Source of the DNA: the human T2T-CHM13v2.0 reference genome, Homo sapiens
Assembly (NCBI RefSeq): GCF_009914755.1
Contig: NC_060939.1
Strand: one strand, 5' to 3'
Length of the DNA stretch: 64,000 bases
Shown: in pieces, positions 1 to 14,500 of the stretch
Layout of the letters: each line of letters starts with the position of its first letter
Position numbering within the stretch: the first letter of the stretch is position 1
Made by a program: the position numbers and the translations under genes
Notes under the pieces: generated by a model
Database searches by the model: none
What the model was told of the DNA's origin: nothing
What the model saw: only the letters and a program-made list of their open reading frames with translations

Positions 1-1778
1 ATTTGAGTCCATTCCCTTTGATTCCATATCATTTGAGTCCATTCAATTCCATTCCTTTCGTTTGCATTCCATTTGATGCCATTCCATTCAATTCTGTTCT
101 ACTCGACTCCAATACATTCAATTCCATTCCATCCGATTCCATTACATTCTTTTCATTTCTTATCCATTTCAAGCCATTCCACTCCATTCCATTCCACTCG
201 TTTCCTTTCCTTTCGCGTCCATTCCTCTCCAGTCCATTCCGTTCAATCCATTCCATTCCAGTCCATTCCATTCGAGTCCGTTCCATTCCAGTCCATTCCA
301 TTCGAGTCAATTCCATTCCATTCGATGTCTTTCCATAACGATCCATTCCATTCTATTCCTTTCGATTCCATTCCATTCTATTTCATTCCATTCGATTCCC
401 TTCCATTGGACTCCTTTCCATTCGAGTGCATTCCATTCCGTTCCATTTCTTTCCGTTCTGTACGATTCCTACCGTTCGATTTCATTTTGTTCCAGTCCAT
501 TCTTTCGCGTCCATTCCATTCCATTTCACTCCATTCGAATCCATTCCACTCGATTCCACTTCGTTCCATTTCATTGCATTCCATTCTATTCAACTCTATT
601 GCCTTCCATTCCATTCCATTCGATTACATTCCATGCGATTCCATTCGAAATCGAATCAATTACATTGCAATCCATTACTATTGAGTCCGTTTTATTCCAG
701 TCCACTGCATTCTGGTCCATTCCATTTGATTCCATTCCATTCTATTCCATTCCATACAGTTGCATTCCATTGGATTCCATGCTATGTCTATAAATTCAAT
801 TCGAGACCATTGCTTTTGAGTCCATTCTATATGATTCCATTCCATTCAAGTCCATTACATTTGGTTCAATTCCATTCCATTCCATTCCCTTCCATTCCAT
901 TCCAGTTGATACCAATCCATTCGATTCCATTCCATTCGAGCACATTCCATTCGAGTCCATTCCATTCGATGCCATTCCATTTGATTCTATTCCATTAGTC
1001 TCCATTCAATTCCATTAATCTCCATTCCATTCCATTCTACTCCAACTGATTCCATTCCATTCTATTCCTTTCCATTCCATTTCATTCCATTCCATTCCAT
1101 TTCATTCCATTCCATTCCATTCGCTTCCATTCCATTCGTGTCCATTCCACTCCAGTCCATTCCATTTGTGTCCACTGCATTCCATTCCACTCCATTCCAT
1201 ATTATTCCATTACACTCCATTCCATTCTATTACTTTCATTTCCATTCAATTCCATTCCATTTGATTCCATTCCACTCGGTTTCATTCCATTTGAGTCCAC
1301 TCCATTCCATTCCATTCCATTCCATTCCATTCAGTTCCATTCTATTCTGTTCCATTCCATTCCGTTCCATTGCATTCCATTCCATTCGGTACCATTCCAT
1401 ATTGTTCCATTCGATTCCATTCGAATCCATTCCATTCCAGTCCATTCCATTCGATTCCATTCCATTCCTTTCAATTCCATTCCATTCCATTCCATTCCAC
1501 TTGATTCCACTCCATTCCCTTCCACTGCATTCCATTCGATTCCATTCCATTGCATTGCATTCCATTCCATTGGACTGCATTCCATTCGATTCCATTCCAT
1601 TCGAATCAATTACATAGCAATCCATTACATTCGAGTCTATTCTATTCCGTTCCATTCGATTTCGTTCCAATCCATTCGATTCCATTCCATTCGATTCCAT
1701 TCCATACTATTGCATTCCATTCGATTACATTATATTCGAATAAGTTCCATTCAAGACCATTTCTTTTGAGTCCATTCT
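1..1778 (+). repeat. Representative higher-order unit U1 (1778 bp)
   Basis: ATTTGAGTCCATTCCCTTTGATTCCATATC at position 1 recurs at 1779; the next unit starts at 3557. Confidence 0.95.
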
Positions 1779-4700
1779 ATTTGAGTCCATTCCCTTTGAT
1801 TCCATATCATTTGAGTCCATTCAATTCCATTCCTTTCGTTTGCATTCCATTTGATGCCATTCCATTCAATTCTGTTCTACTCGACTCCAATACATTCAAT
1901 TCCATTCCATCCGATTCCATTACATTCTTTTCATTTCTTATCCATTTCAAGCCATTCCACTCCATTCCATTCCACTCGTTTCCTTTCCTTTCGCGTCCAT
2001 TCCTCTCCAGTCCATTCCGTTCAATCCATTCCATTCCAGTCCATTCCATTCGAGTCCGTTCCATTCCAGTCCATTCCATTCGAGTCAATTCCATTCCATT
2101 CGATGTCTTTCCATAACGATCCATTCCATTCTATTCCTTTCGATTCCATTCCATTCTATTTCATTCCATTCGATTCCCTTCCATTGGACTCCTTTCCATT
2201 CGAGTGCATTCCATTCCGTTCCATTTCTTTCCGTTCTGTACGATTCCTACCGTTCGATTTCATTTTGTTCCAGTCCATTCTTTCGCGTCCATTCCATTCC
2301 ATTTCACTCCATTCGAATCCATTCCACTCGATTCCACTTCGTTCCATTTCATTGCATTCCATTCTATTCAACTCTACTGCCTTCCATTCCATTCCATTCG
2401 ATTACATTCCATGCGATTCCATTCGAAATCGAATCAATTACATTGCAATCCATTACTATTGAGTCCGTTTTATTCCAGTCCACTGCATTCTGGTCCATTC
2501 CATTTGATTCCATTCCATTCTATTCCATTCCATACAGTTGCATTCCATTGGATTCCATGCTATGTCTATAAATTCAATTCGAGACCATTGCTTTTGAGTC
2601 CATTCTATATGATTCCATTCCATTCAAGTCCATTACATTTGGTTCAATTCCATTCCATTCCATTCCCTTCCATTCCATTCCAGTTGATATCAATCCATTC
2701 GATTCCATTCCATTCGAGCACATTCCATTCGAGTCCATTCCATTCGATGCCATTCAATTTGATTCTATTCCATTAGTCTCCATTCAATTCCATTAATCTC
2801 CATTCCATTCCATTCTACTCCAACTGATTCCATTCCATTCTATTCCTTTCCATTCCATTTCATTCCATTCCATTCCATTTCATTCCATTCCATTCCATTC
2901 GCTTCCATTCCATTCGTGTCCATTCCACTCCAGTCCATTCCATTTGTGTCCACTGCATTCCATTCCACTCCATTCCATATTATTCCATTACACTCCATTC
3001 CATTCTATTACTTTCATTTCCATTCAATTCCATTCCATTTGATTCCATTCCACTCGGTTTCATTCCATTTGAGTCCACTCCATTCCATTCCATTCCATTC
3101 CATTCATTTCCATTCTATTCTGTTCCATTCCATTCCGTTCCATTGCATTCCATTCCATTCGGTACCATTCCATATTGTTCCATTCGATTCCATTCGAATC
3201 CATTCCATTCCAGTCCATTCCATTCGATTCCATTCCATTCCTTTCCATTCCATTCCATTCCATTCCATTCCATTCCACTTGATTCCACTCCATTCCCTTC
3301 CACTGCATTCCATTCGATTCCATTCCATTGCATTGCATTCCATTCCATTGGACTGCATTCCATTCGATTCCATTCCATTCGAATCAATTACATAGCAATC
3401 CATTACATTCGAGTCTATTCTATTCCGTTCCATTCGATTTCATTCCAATCCATTCGATTCCATTCCATTCGATTCCATTCCATGCTATTGCATTCCATTC
3501 GATTACATTATATTCGAATAAGTTCCATTCAAGACCATTTCTTTTGAGTCCATTCTATTTGAGTCCATTCCTTTTGATTCCATAACATTTGAGTCCATTC
3601 AATTCCATTCCTTTCGTTTCCATTCCATTTGATGCCATTCCATTCAATTCTGTTCTACTCGACTCCAATACATTCAATTCCATTCCATCCGATTCCATTA
3701 CATTCTTTTCATTTCTTATCCATTTCAAGCCATTCCACTCCATTCCATTCCACTCGTTTCCTTTCCATTCGAGTCCATTCCTCTCCAGTCCATTCCGTTC
3801 AATCCATTCCATTCCAGTCCATTCCATTCGAGTCCGTTCCATTCCAGTCCATTCCATTCGAGTCAATTCCATCCCATTCGATGTCTTTCCATAACGATCC
3901 ATTCCATTCTATTCCTTTCGATTCCATTCCATTCTATTTCATTCCATTCGATTCCCTTCCATTGGACTCCTTTCCATTCGAGTGCATTCCATTCCGTTCC
4001 ATTTCTTTCCGTTCTGTACGATTCCTACCGTTCGATTTCATTTTGTTCCAGTCCATTCCTTTCGCGTCCATTCCATTCCATTTCACTCCATTCGATTCCA
4101 TTCCACTCGATTCCACTTCGTTCCATTTCATTGCATTCCATTCTATTCAACTCTATTGCCTTCCATTCCATTCCATTCGATTACATTCCATGCGATTCCA
4201 TTCGAAATCGAATCAATTACATTGCAATCCATTACTATTGAGTCCGTTTTATTCCAGTCCACTGCATTCTGGTCCATTCCATTTGATTCCATTCCATTCT
4301 ATTCCATTCCATACAGTTGCATTCCATTGGATTCCATGCTATATCTATAAATTCAATTCGAGACCATTGCTTTTGAGTCCATTCTATATGATTCCATTCC
4401 ATTCAAGTCCATTACATTTGGTTCAATTCCATTCCATTCCATTCCCTTCCATTCCATTCCAGTTGATATCAATCCATTCGATTCCATTCCATTCGAGCAC
4501 ATTCCATTCGAGTCCATTCCATTCGATGCCATTCCATTTGATTCTATTCCATTAGTCTCCATTCAATTCCATTAATCTCCATTCCATTCCATTCTACTCC
4601 AACTGATTCCATTCCATTCTATTCCTTTCCATTCCATTTCATTCCATTCCATTCCATTTCATTCCATTCCATTCCATTCGCTTCCATTCCATTCGTGTCC

Positions 4701-7700
4701 ATTCCACTCCAGTCCATTCCATTCGTGTCCATTCCATTCCAGTCCATTCCATTTGTGTCCACTGCATTCCATTACACTCCATTCCATATTATTCCATTAC
4801 ACTCCATTCCATTCTATTACTTTAATTTCCATTCAATTCCATTTCATTTGATTCCATTCCACTCGGTTTCATTCCATTTGAGTCCACTCCATTCCTTTCC
4901 ATTCCATTCCATTCAGTTCCATTCCATTCTGTTCCATTCCATTCCGTTCCATTGCATTCCATTCCATTCGGTACCATTCCATATTGTTCCATTCGATTCC
5001 ATTCGAATCCATTCCATTCCAGTCAATTCCATTCGATTCCATTCCATTCCTTTCAATTCCATTCCATTCCATTCCATTCCACTTGATTCCACTCCATTCC
5101 CTTCCACTGCATTCCATTCGATTCCATTCCATTGCATTGCATTCCATTCCATTGGACTGCATTCCATTCGATTCCATTCCATTCGAATCAATTACATAGC
5201 AATCCATTACATTCGAGTCTATTCTATTCCGTTCCATTCGATTTCGTTCCAATCCATTCGATTCCATTCCATTCGATTCCATTCCATACTATTGCATTCC
5301 ATTCTATTACATTATATTCGAATAATTTCCATTCAAGACCATTTCTTTTGAGTCCATTCTATTTGAGTCCATTCCCTTTGATTCCATAACATTTGAGTCC
5401 ATTCAATTCCATTCCTTTCGTTTGCATTCCATTTGATGCCATTCCATTCAATTCTGTTCTACTCGACTCCAATACATTCAATTCCATTCCATCCGATTCC
5501 ATTACATTCTTTTCATTTCTTATCCATTTCAAGCCATTCCACTCCATTCCATTCCACTCGTTTCCTTTCCATTCGAGTCCATTCCTCTCCAGTCCATTCC
5601 GTTCAATCCATTCCATTCCAGTCCATTCCATTCGAGTCCGTTCCATTCCAGTCCATTCCATTCGAGTCAATTCCATTCCATTCGATGTCTTTCCATAACG
5701 ATCCATTCCATTCTATTCCTTTCGATTCCATTCCATTCTATTTCATTCCATTCGATTCCCTTCCATTGGACTCCTTTCCATTCGAGTTCATTCCATTCCG
5801 TTCCATTTCTTTCCGTTCTGTACGATTCCTACCGTTCGATTTCATTTTGTTCCAGTCCATTCCTTTCGCGTCCATTCCATTCCACTCCATTCGATTCCAT
5901 TCCACTCGATTCCACTTCGTTCCATTTCATTGCATTCCATTCTATTCAACTCTATTGCCTTCCATTCCATTCTATTCGATTACATTCCATGCGATTCCAT
6001 TCGAAATCGAATCAATTACATTGCAATCCATTACTATTGAGTCCGTTTTATTCCAGTCCACTGCATTCTGGTCCATTCCATTTGATTCCATTCCATTTTA
6101 TTCCATTCCATACAGTTGCATTCCATTGGATTCCATGCTATATCTATAAATTCAATTCGAGACCATTGCTTTTGAGTCCATTCTATATGTTTCCATTCCA
6201 TTCAAGTCCATTACATTTGGTTCAATTCCATTCCATTCCATTCCCTTCCATTCCATTCCAGTTGATATCAATCCATTCGATTCCATTCCATTCGAGCACA
6301 TTCCATTCGAGTCCATTCCATTCGATGCCATTCCATTTGATTCTATTCCATTAGTCTCCATTCAATTCCATTAATCTCCATTCCATTCCATTCTACTCCA
6401 ACTGATTCCATTCCATTCTATTCCTTTCCATTCCATTTCATTCCATTCCATTCCATTTCATTCCATTCCATTCCATTCGCTTCCATTCCATTCGTGTCCA
6501 TTCCACTCCAGTCCATTCCTTTTGTGTCCACTGCATTCCATTCCACTCCATTCCATATTATTCCATTACACTCCATTCCATTCTATTACTTTCATTTCCA
6601 TTCAATTCCATTCCATTTGATTCCATTCCACTCGGTTTCATTCCATTTGAGTCCACTCCATTCCATTCCATTCCATTCCATTCAGTTCCATTCTATTCTG
6701 TTCCATTCCATTCCGTTCCATTGCATTCCATTCCATTCGGTACCATTCCATATTGTTCCATTCGATTCCATTCGAATCCATTCCATTCCAGTCCATTCCA
6801 TTCGATTCCATTCCATTCCTTTCCATTCCATTCCATTCCATTCCATTCCATTCCATTCCATTACACTTGATTCCACCCCATTCCCTTCCACTGCATTCCA
6901 TTCGATTCCATTCCATTGCATTGCATTCCATTCCATTGGACTGCATTCCATTCGATTCCATTCCATTCGAATCAATTACATAGCAATCCATTACATTCGA
7001 GTCTATTCTATTCCGTTCCATTCGATTTCATTCCAATCCATTCGATTCCATTCCATTCGATTCCATTCCATACTATTGCATTCCATTCGATTACATTATA
7101 TTCGAATAAGTTCCATTCAAGACCATTTCTTTTGAGTCCATTCTATTTGAGTCCATTCCCTTTGATTCCATAACATTTGAGTCCATTCAATTCCATTCCT
7201 TTCGTTTCCATTCCATTTGATGCCATTCCATTCAATTCTGTTCTACTCGACTCCAATACATTCAATTCCATTCCATCCGATTCCATTACATTCTTTTCAT
7301 TTCTTATCCATTCCACTCCATTCCACTCCATTCCATTCCACTCGTTTCCTTTCCATTCGAGTCCATTCCTCTCCAGTCCATTCCGTTCAATCCATTCCAT
7401 TCCAGTCCATTCCATTCGAGTCCGTTCCATTCCAGTCCATTCCATTCGAGTCAATTCCATCCCATTCGATGTCTTTCCATAACGATCCATTCCATTCTAT
7501 TCCTTTCGATTCCATTCCATTCTATTTCATTCCATTCGATTCCCTTCCATTGGACTCCTTTCCATTCGAGTGCATTCCATTCCGTTCCATTTCTTTCCGT
7601 TCTGTACGATTCCTACCGTTCGATTTCATTTTGTTCCAGTCCATTCCTTTCGCGTCCATTCCATTCCATTTCACTCCATTCGATTCCATTCCACTCGATT

Positions 7701-10700
7701 CCACTTCGTTCCATTTCATTGCATTCCATTCTATTCAACTCTATTGCCTTCCATTCCATTCCATTCGATTACATTCCATGCGATTCCATTCGAAATCGAA
7801 TCAATTACATTGCAATCCATTACTATTGAGTCCATTTTATTCCAGTCCACTGCATTCTGGTCCATTCCATTTGATTCCATTCCATTCTATTCCATTCCAT
7901 ACAGTTGCATTCCATTGGATTCCATTCTATATCTATAAATTCAATTCGAGACCATTGCTTTTGAGTCCATTCTATATGTTTCCATTCCATTCAAGTCCAT
8001 TACATTTGGTTCAATTCCATTCCATTCCATTCCCTTCCATTCCATTCCAGTTGATATCAATCCATTCGATTCAATTCCATTCGAGCACATTCCATTCGAG
8101 TCCATTCCATTCGATGCCATTCCATTTGATTCTATTCCATTAGTCTCCATTCAATTCCATTAATCTCCATTCCATTCCATTCTACTCCAACTGATTCCAT
8201 TCCATTCTATTCCTTTCCATTCCATTTCATTCCATTCCATTCCATTTCATTCCATTCCATTCCATTCGCTTCCATTCCATTCGTGTCCATTCCACTCCAG
8301 TCCATTCCATTCGTGTCCATTCCACTCCAGTCCATTCCATTTGTGTCCACTGCATTCCATTCCACTCCATTCCATATTATTCCATTACACTCCATTCCAT
8401 TCTATTACTTTCATTTCCATTCAATTCCATTCCATTTGATTCCATTCCACTCGGTTTCATTCCATTTGAGTCCACTCCATTCCATTCCATTCCATTCCAT
8501 TCAGTTCCATTCTATTCTGTTCCATTCCATTCCGTTCCATTGCATTCCATTCCATTCGGTACCATTCCATATTGTTCCATTCGATTCCATTCGAATCCAT
8601 TCCATTCCAGTCCATTCCATTCGATTCCATTCCATTCCTTTCAATTCCATTCCATTCCATTCCATTCCATTCCATTCCACTTGATTCCACTCCATTCCCT
8701 TCCACTGCATTCCATTCGATTCCATTCCATTGCATTGCATTCCATTCCATTGGACTGCATTCCATTCGATTCCATTCCATTCGAATCAATTACATAGCAA
8801 TCCATTACATTCGAGTCTATTCTATTCCGTTCCATTCGATTTCATTCCAATCCATTCGATTCCATTCCATTCGATTCCATTCCATACTATTGCATTCCAT
8901 TCTATTACATTATATTCGAATAAGTTCCATTCAAGACCATTTCTTTTGAGTCCATTCTATTTGAGTCCATTCCCTTTGATTCCATAACATTTGAGTCCAT
9001 TCAATTCCATTCCTTTCGTTTCCATTCCATTTGATGCCATTCCATTCAATTCTGTTCTACTCGACTCCAATACATTCAATTCCATTCCATCCGATTCCAT
9101 TACATTCTTTTCATTTCTTATCCATTTCAAGCCATTCCACTCCATTCCATTCCACTCGTTTCCTTTCCATTCGAGTCCATTCCTCTCCAGTCCATTCCGT
9201 TCAATCCATTCCATTCCAGTCCATTCCATTCGAGTCCGTTCCATTCCAGTCCATTCCATTCGAGTCAATTCCATCCCATTCGATGTCTTTCCATAACAAT
9301 CCATTCCATTCTATTCCTTTCGATTCCATTCCATTCTATTTCATTCCATTCGATTCCCTTCCATTGGACTCCTTTCCATTCGAGTGCATTCCATTCCGTT
9401 CCATTTCTTTCCGTTCTGTACGATTCCTACCGTTCGATTTCATTTTGTTCCAGTCCATTCCTTTCGCGTCCATTCCATTCCATTTCACTCCATTCGATTC
9501 CATTCCACTCGATTCCACTTCGTTCCATTTCATTGCATTCCATTCTATTCAACTCTATTGCCTTCCATTCCATTCCATTCGATTACATTCCATGCGATTC
9601 CATTCGAAATCGAATCAATTACATTGCAATCCATTACTATTGAGTCCATTTTATTCCAGTCCACTGCATTCTGGTCCATTCCATTTGATTCCATTCCATT
9701 CTATTCCATTCCATACAGTTGCATTCCATTGGATTCCATTCTATATCTATAAATTCAATTCGAGACCATTGCTTTTGAGTCCATTCTATATGATTCCATT
9801 CCATTCAAGTCCATTACATTTGGTTCAATTCCATTCCATTCCATTCCCTTCCATTCCATTCCAGTTGATATCAATCCATTCGATTCCATTCCATTCGAGC
9901 ACATTCCATTCGAGTCCATTCCATTCGATGCCATTCCATTTGATTCTATTCCATTAGTCTCCATTCAATTCCATTAATCTCCATTCCATTCCATTCTACT
10001 CCAACTGATTCCATTCCATTCTATTCCTTTCCATTCCATTTCATTCCATTCCATTCCATTTCATTCCATTCCATTCCATTCGCTTCCATTCCATTCGTGT
10101 CCATTCCACTCCAGTCCATTCCATTCGTGTCCATTCCATTCCAGTCCATTCCATTTGTGTCCACTGCATTCCATTCCACTCCATTCCATATTATTCCATT
10201 ACACTCCATTCCATTCTATTACTTTCATTTCCATTCAATTCCATTCCATTTGATTCCATTCCACTCGGTTTCATTCCATTTGAGTCAACTCCATTCCATT
10301 CCATTCCATTCCATTCCATTCAGTTCCATTCCATTCTGTTCCATTCCATTCCGTTCCATTGCATTCCATTCCATTCGGTACCATTCCATATTGTTCCATT
10401 CGATTCCATTCGAATCCATTCCATTCCAGTCCATTCCATTCGATTCCATTCCTTTCATTTCAATTCCATTCCATTCCATTCCATTACATTCCACTTGATT
10501 CCTCTCCATTCCCTTCCACTGCATTCCGTTCGATTCCATTCCATTGCATTGCATTCCATTCCATTGGATTGCATTCCATTCGATTCCATTCCATTCGAAT
10601 CAATTACATAGCAATCCATTACATTCGAGTCTATTCTATTCCGTTCCATTCGATTTCGTTCCAATCCATTCGATTCCATCCCATTCGATTCCATTCCATA

Positions 10701-11519
10701 CTATTGCATTCCATTCGATTACATTATATTCGAATAAGTTCCATTCAAGACCATTTCTTTTGAGTCCATTCTATTTGAGTCCATTCCCTTTGATTCCATA
10801 ACATTTGAGTCCATTCAATTCCATTCCTTTCGTTTCCATTCCATTTGATGCCATTCCATTCAATTCTGTTCTACTCGACTCCAATACATTCAATTCCATT
10901 CCATCCGATTCCATTACATTCTTTTCATTTCTTATCCATTTCAAGCCATTCCACTCCATTCCATTCCACTCGTTTCCTTTCCATTCGAGTCCATTCCTCT
11001 CCAGTCCATTCCGTTCAATCCATTCCATTCCAGTCCATTCCATTCGAGTCCGTTCCATTCCAGTCCATTCCATTCGAGTCAATTCCATTCCATTCGATGT
11101 CTTTCCATAACGATCCATTCCATTCTATTCCTTTCGATTCCATTCCATTCTATTTCATTCCATTCGATTCCCTTCCATTGGACTCCTTTCCATTCGAGTG
11201 CATTCCATTCCGTTCCATTTCTTTCCGTTCTGTACGATTCCTACCGTTCGATTTCATTTTGTTCCAGTCCATTCTTTCGCGTCCATTCCATTCCATTTCA
11301 CTCCATTCGATTCCATTCCACTCGATTCCACTTCGTTCCATTTCATTGCATTCCATTCTATTCAACTCTATTGCCTTCCATTCCATTCCATTCGATTACA
11401 TTCCATGCGATTCCGTTCGAAATCGAATCAATTACATTGCAATCCATTACTATTGAGTCCGTTTTATTCCAGTCCACTGCATTCTGGTCCATTCCATTTG
11501 ATTCCATTCCATTCTATTC

Positions 11520-14500
11520 CATTCCATCCAGTTGCATTCCATTGGATTCCATGCTATATCTATAAATTCAATTCGAGACCATTGCTTTTGAGTCCATTCT
11601 ATATGATTCCATTCCATTCAAGTCCATTACATTTGGTTCAATTCCATTCCATTCCATTCCCTTCCATTCCATTCCATTTGATATCAATCCATTCGATTCC
11701 ATTCCATTCGAGCACATTCAATTCGAGTCCATTCCATTCGATGCCATTCCATTTGATTCTATTCCATTAGTCTCCATTCAATTCCATTAATCTCCATTCC
11801 ATTCCATTCTACTTCAACTGATTCCATTCCATTCTATTCCTTTCCATTCCATTTCATTCCATTCCATTCCATTTCATTCCATTCCATTCCATTCGTGTCC
11901 ATTCCACTCCAGTCCATTCCATTCGTGTCCATTCCATTCCAGTCCATTCCATTTGTGTCCACTGCCTTCCATTCCACTCCATTCCATATTATTCCATTAC
12001 ACTCCATTCCATTCTATTACTTTCATTTCCATTCAATTCCATTCCATTTGATTCCATTCCACTCGGTTTCATTCCATTTGAGTCCACTCCATTCCATTCC
12101 ATTCCATTCCATTCCATTCAGTTAAATTCCATTCTGTTCCATTCCATTCCGTTCCATTACATTCCATTCCATTCGGTACCATTGCATATTGTTCCATTCG
12201 ATTCCATTCGAATCCATTCCATTCCAGTCCATTCCATTCGATTCCATTCCATTCATTTCAATTCCATTCCATTCCATTCCATTACATTCCACTTGATTCC
12301 TCTCCATTCCCTTCCACTGCATTCCGTTCGATTCCATTCCATTGCATTGCATTCCATTCCATTTTATTGCATTCCATTCGATTCCATTCCATTCGAATCA
12401 ATTACATAGCAATCCATTACATTCGAGTCTATTCTATTCCGTTCCATTCGATTTCGTTCCAATCCATTTGATTCCATTCCATTCGATTTCATTCCATACT
12501 ATTGCATTCCATTCGATTACATTATATTCGAATACGTTCCATTCAAGACCATTTCTTTTGAGTCCATTCTATTTGAGTCCATTCCCTTTGATTCCATAAC
12601 ATTTGAGTCCATTCAATTCCATTCCTTTCGTTTCCATTCCATTTGATGCCATTCCATTCAATTCTGTTCTACTCGACTCCAATACATTCAATTCCATTCC
12701 ATCCGATTCCATTACATTCTTTTCATTTCTTATCCATTTCAAGCCATTCCACTCCATACCATTCCACTCGTTTCCTTTCCATTCGAGTCCATTCCTCTCC
12801 AGTCCATTCCGTTCAATCCATTCCATTCCAGTCCATTCCATTCGAGTCCGTTCCATTCCAGTCCATTCCATTCGAGTCAATTCCATCCCATTCGATGTCT
12901 TTCCATAACGATCCATTCCATTCTATTCCTTTCGATTCCATTCCATTCTATTTCATTCCATTCGATTCCCTTCCATTGGACTCCTTTCCATTCGAGTGCA
13001 TTCCATTCCGTTCCATTTCTTTCCGTTCTGTACGATTCCTACCTTTCGATTTCATTTTGTTCCAGTCCATTCCTTTCGCGTCCATTCCATTCCATTTCAC
13101 TCCATTCGATTCCATTCCACTCGATTCCACTTCGTTCCATTTCATTGCATTCCATTCTATTCAACTCTATTGCCTTCCATTCCATTCCATTCGATTACAT
13201 TCCATGCGATTCCATTCGAAATCGAATCAATTACATTGCAATCCATTACTATTGAGTCCATTTCATTCCAGTCCACTGCATTCTGGTCCATTCCATTTGA
13301 TTCCATTCCATTCTATTCCATTCCATACAGTTGCATTCCATTGGATTCCATTCTATATCTATAAATTCAATACGAGACCATTGCTTTTGAGTCCATTCTA
13401 TATGATTCCATTATTTTCAAGTCCATTACATTTGGTTCAATTCCATTCCTTTTCATTCCCTTCCATTCCATTCCAGTTGATATAAGTCCATTCGATTCCA
13501 TTCCATTCGAGCACATTCCATTCGAGTCCATTCCATTCGATGCCATTCCATTTGATTCTATTCCATTAGTCTCCATTCAATTCCATTAATCTCCATTCCA
13601 TTCCATTCTACTCCAACTGATTCCATTCCATTCTATTCCTTTCCATTCCATTTCATTCCATTCCATTCCATTTCATTCCATTCCATTCCATTCGCTTCCA
13701 TTCCATTCGTGTCCATTCCACTCCAGTCCATTCCATTCGTGTCCATTCCATTCCATTCCATTCCATTTGTGTCCACTGCATTCCATTCCACTCCATTCCA
13801 TATTATTCCATTACACTCCATTCCATTCTATTACTTTCATTTCCATTCAATTCCATTCCATTTGATTCCATTCCACTCGGTTTCATTCCATTTGAGTCCA
13901 CTCCATTCCATTCCATTCCATTCCATTCAGTTCCATTCTATTCTGTTCCATTCCATTCCGTTCCATTGCATTCCATTCCATTCGGTACTATTCCATATTG
14001 TTCCATTCGATTCCATTCGAATCCATTCCATTCCAGTCCATTCCATTCGATTCCATTCCATTCCTTTCCATTCCATTCCATTCCATTCCATTCCACTTGA
14101 TTCCACTCCATTCCCTTCCACTGCATTCCATTCGATTCCATTCCATTGCATTGCATTCCATTCCATTGGATTGCATTCCATTCGATTCCATTCCATTCGA
14201 ATCAATTACATAGCAATCCATTACATTCGAGTCTATTCTATTCCGTTCCATTCGATTTCGTTCCAATCCATTCGATTCCATTCCATTCGATTCCATTCCA
14301 TACTATTGCATTCCATTCGATTACATTATATTCAAATAAGTTCCATTCAAGACCATTTCTTTTGAGTCCATTCTATTTGAGTCCATTCCCTTTGATTCCA
14401 TAACATTTGAGTCCATTCAATTCCATTCCTTTCGTTTCCATTCCATTTGATGCCATTCCATTCAATTCTGTTCTACTCGACTCCAATACATTCAATTCCA

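Noticed and set aside
644-660. Canonical heat-shock element or DUX4 site at TTCGAAATCGAATCAATTA
   Set aside because: Spacing does not fit inverted nGAAn arrays (TTCnnGAAnnTTC), and it does not match TAAYYYAATCA on either strand.
3555-3902. Conserved - strand 115 aa ORF MDRYGKTSNG... and other MEWNG-rich ORFs
   Set aside because: (GAATG)n is stop-free and supplies an in-frame ATG every 15 nt. Conservation simply reflects unit identity, and there is no evidence of coding constraint.
3629-4555. Long + strand ORFs (200-320 aa, HSIPF-rich) recurring in every unit
   Set aside because: (CATTC)n has no stop codon in any frame and translates to HSIPF repeats. Starts are mostly TTG/GTG, frames are broken by 1 bp deletions in many units, and no domain is recognisable.
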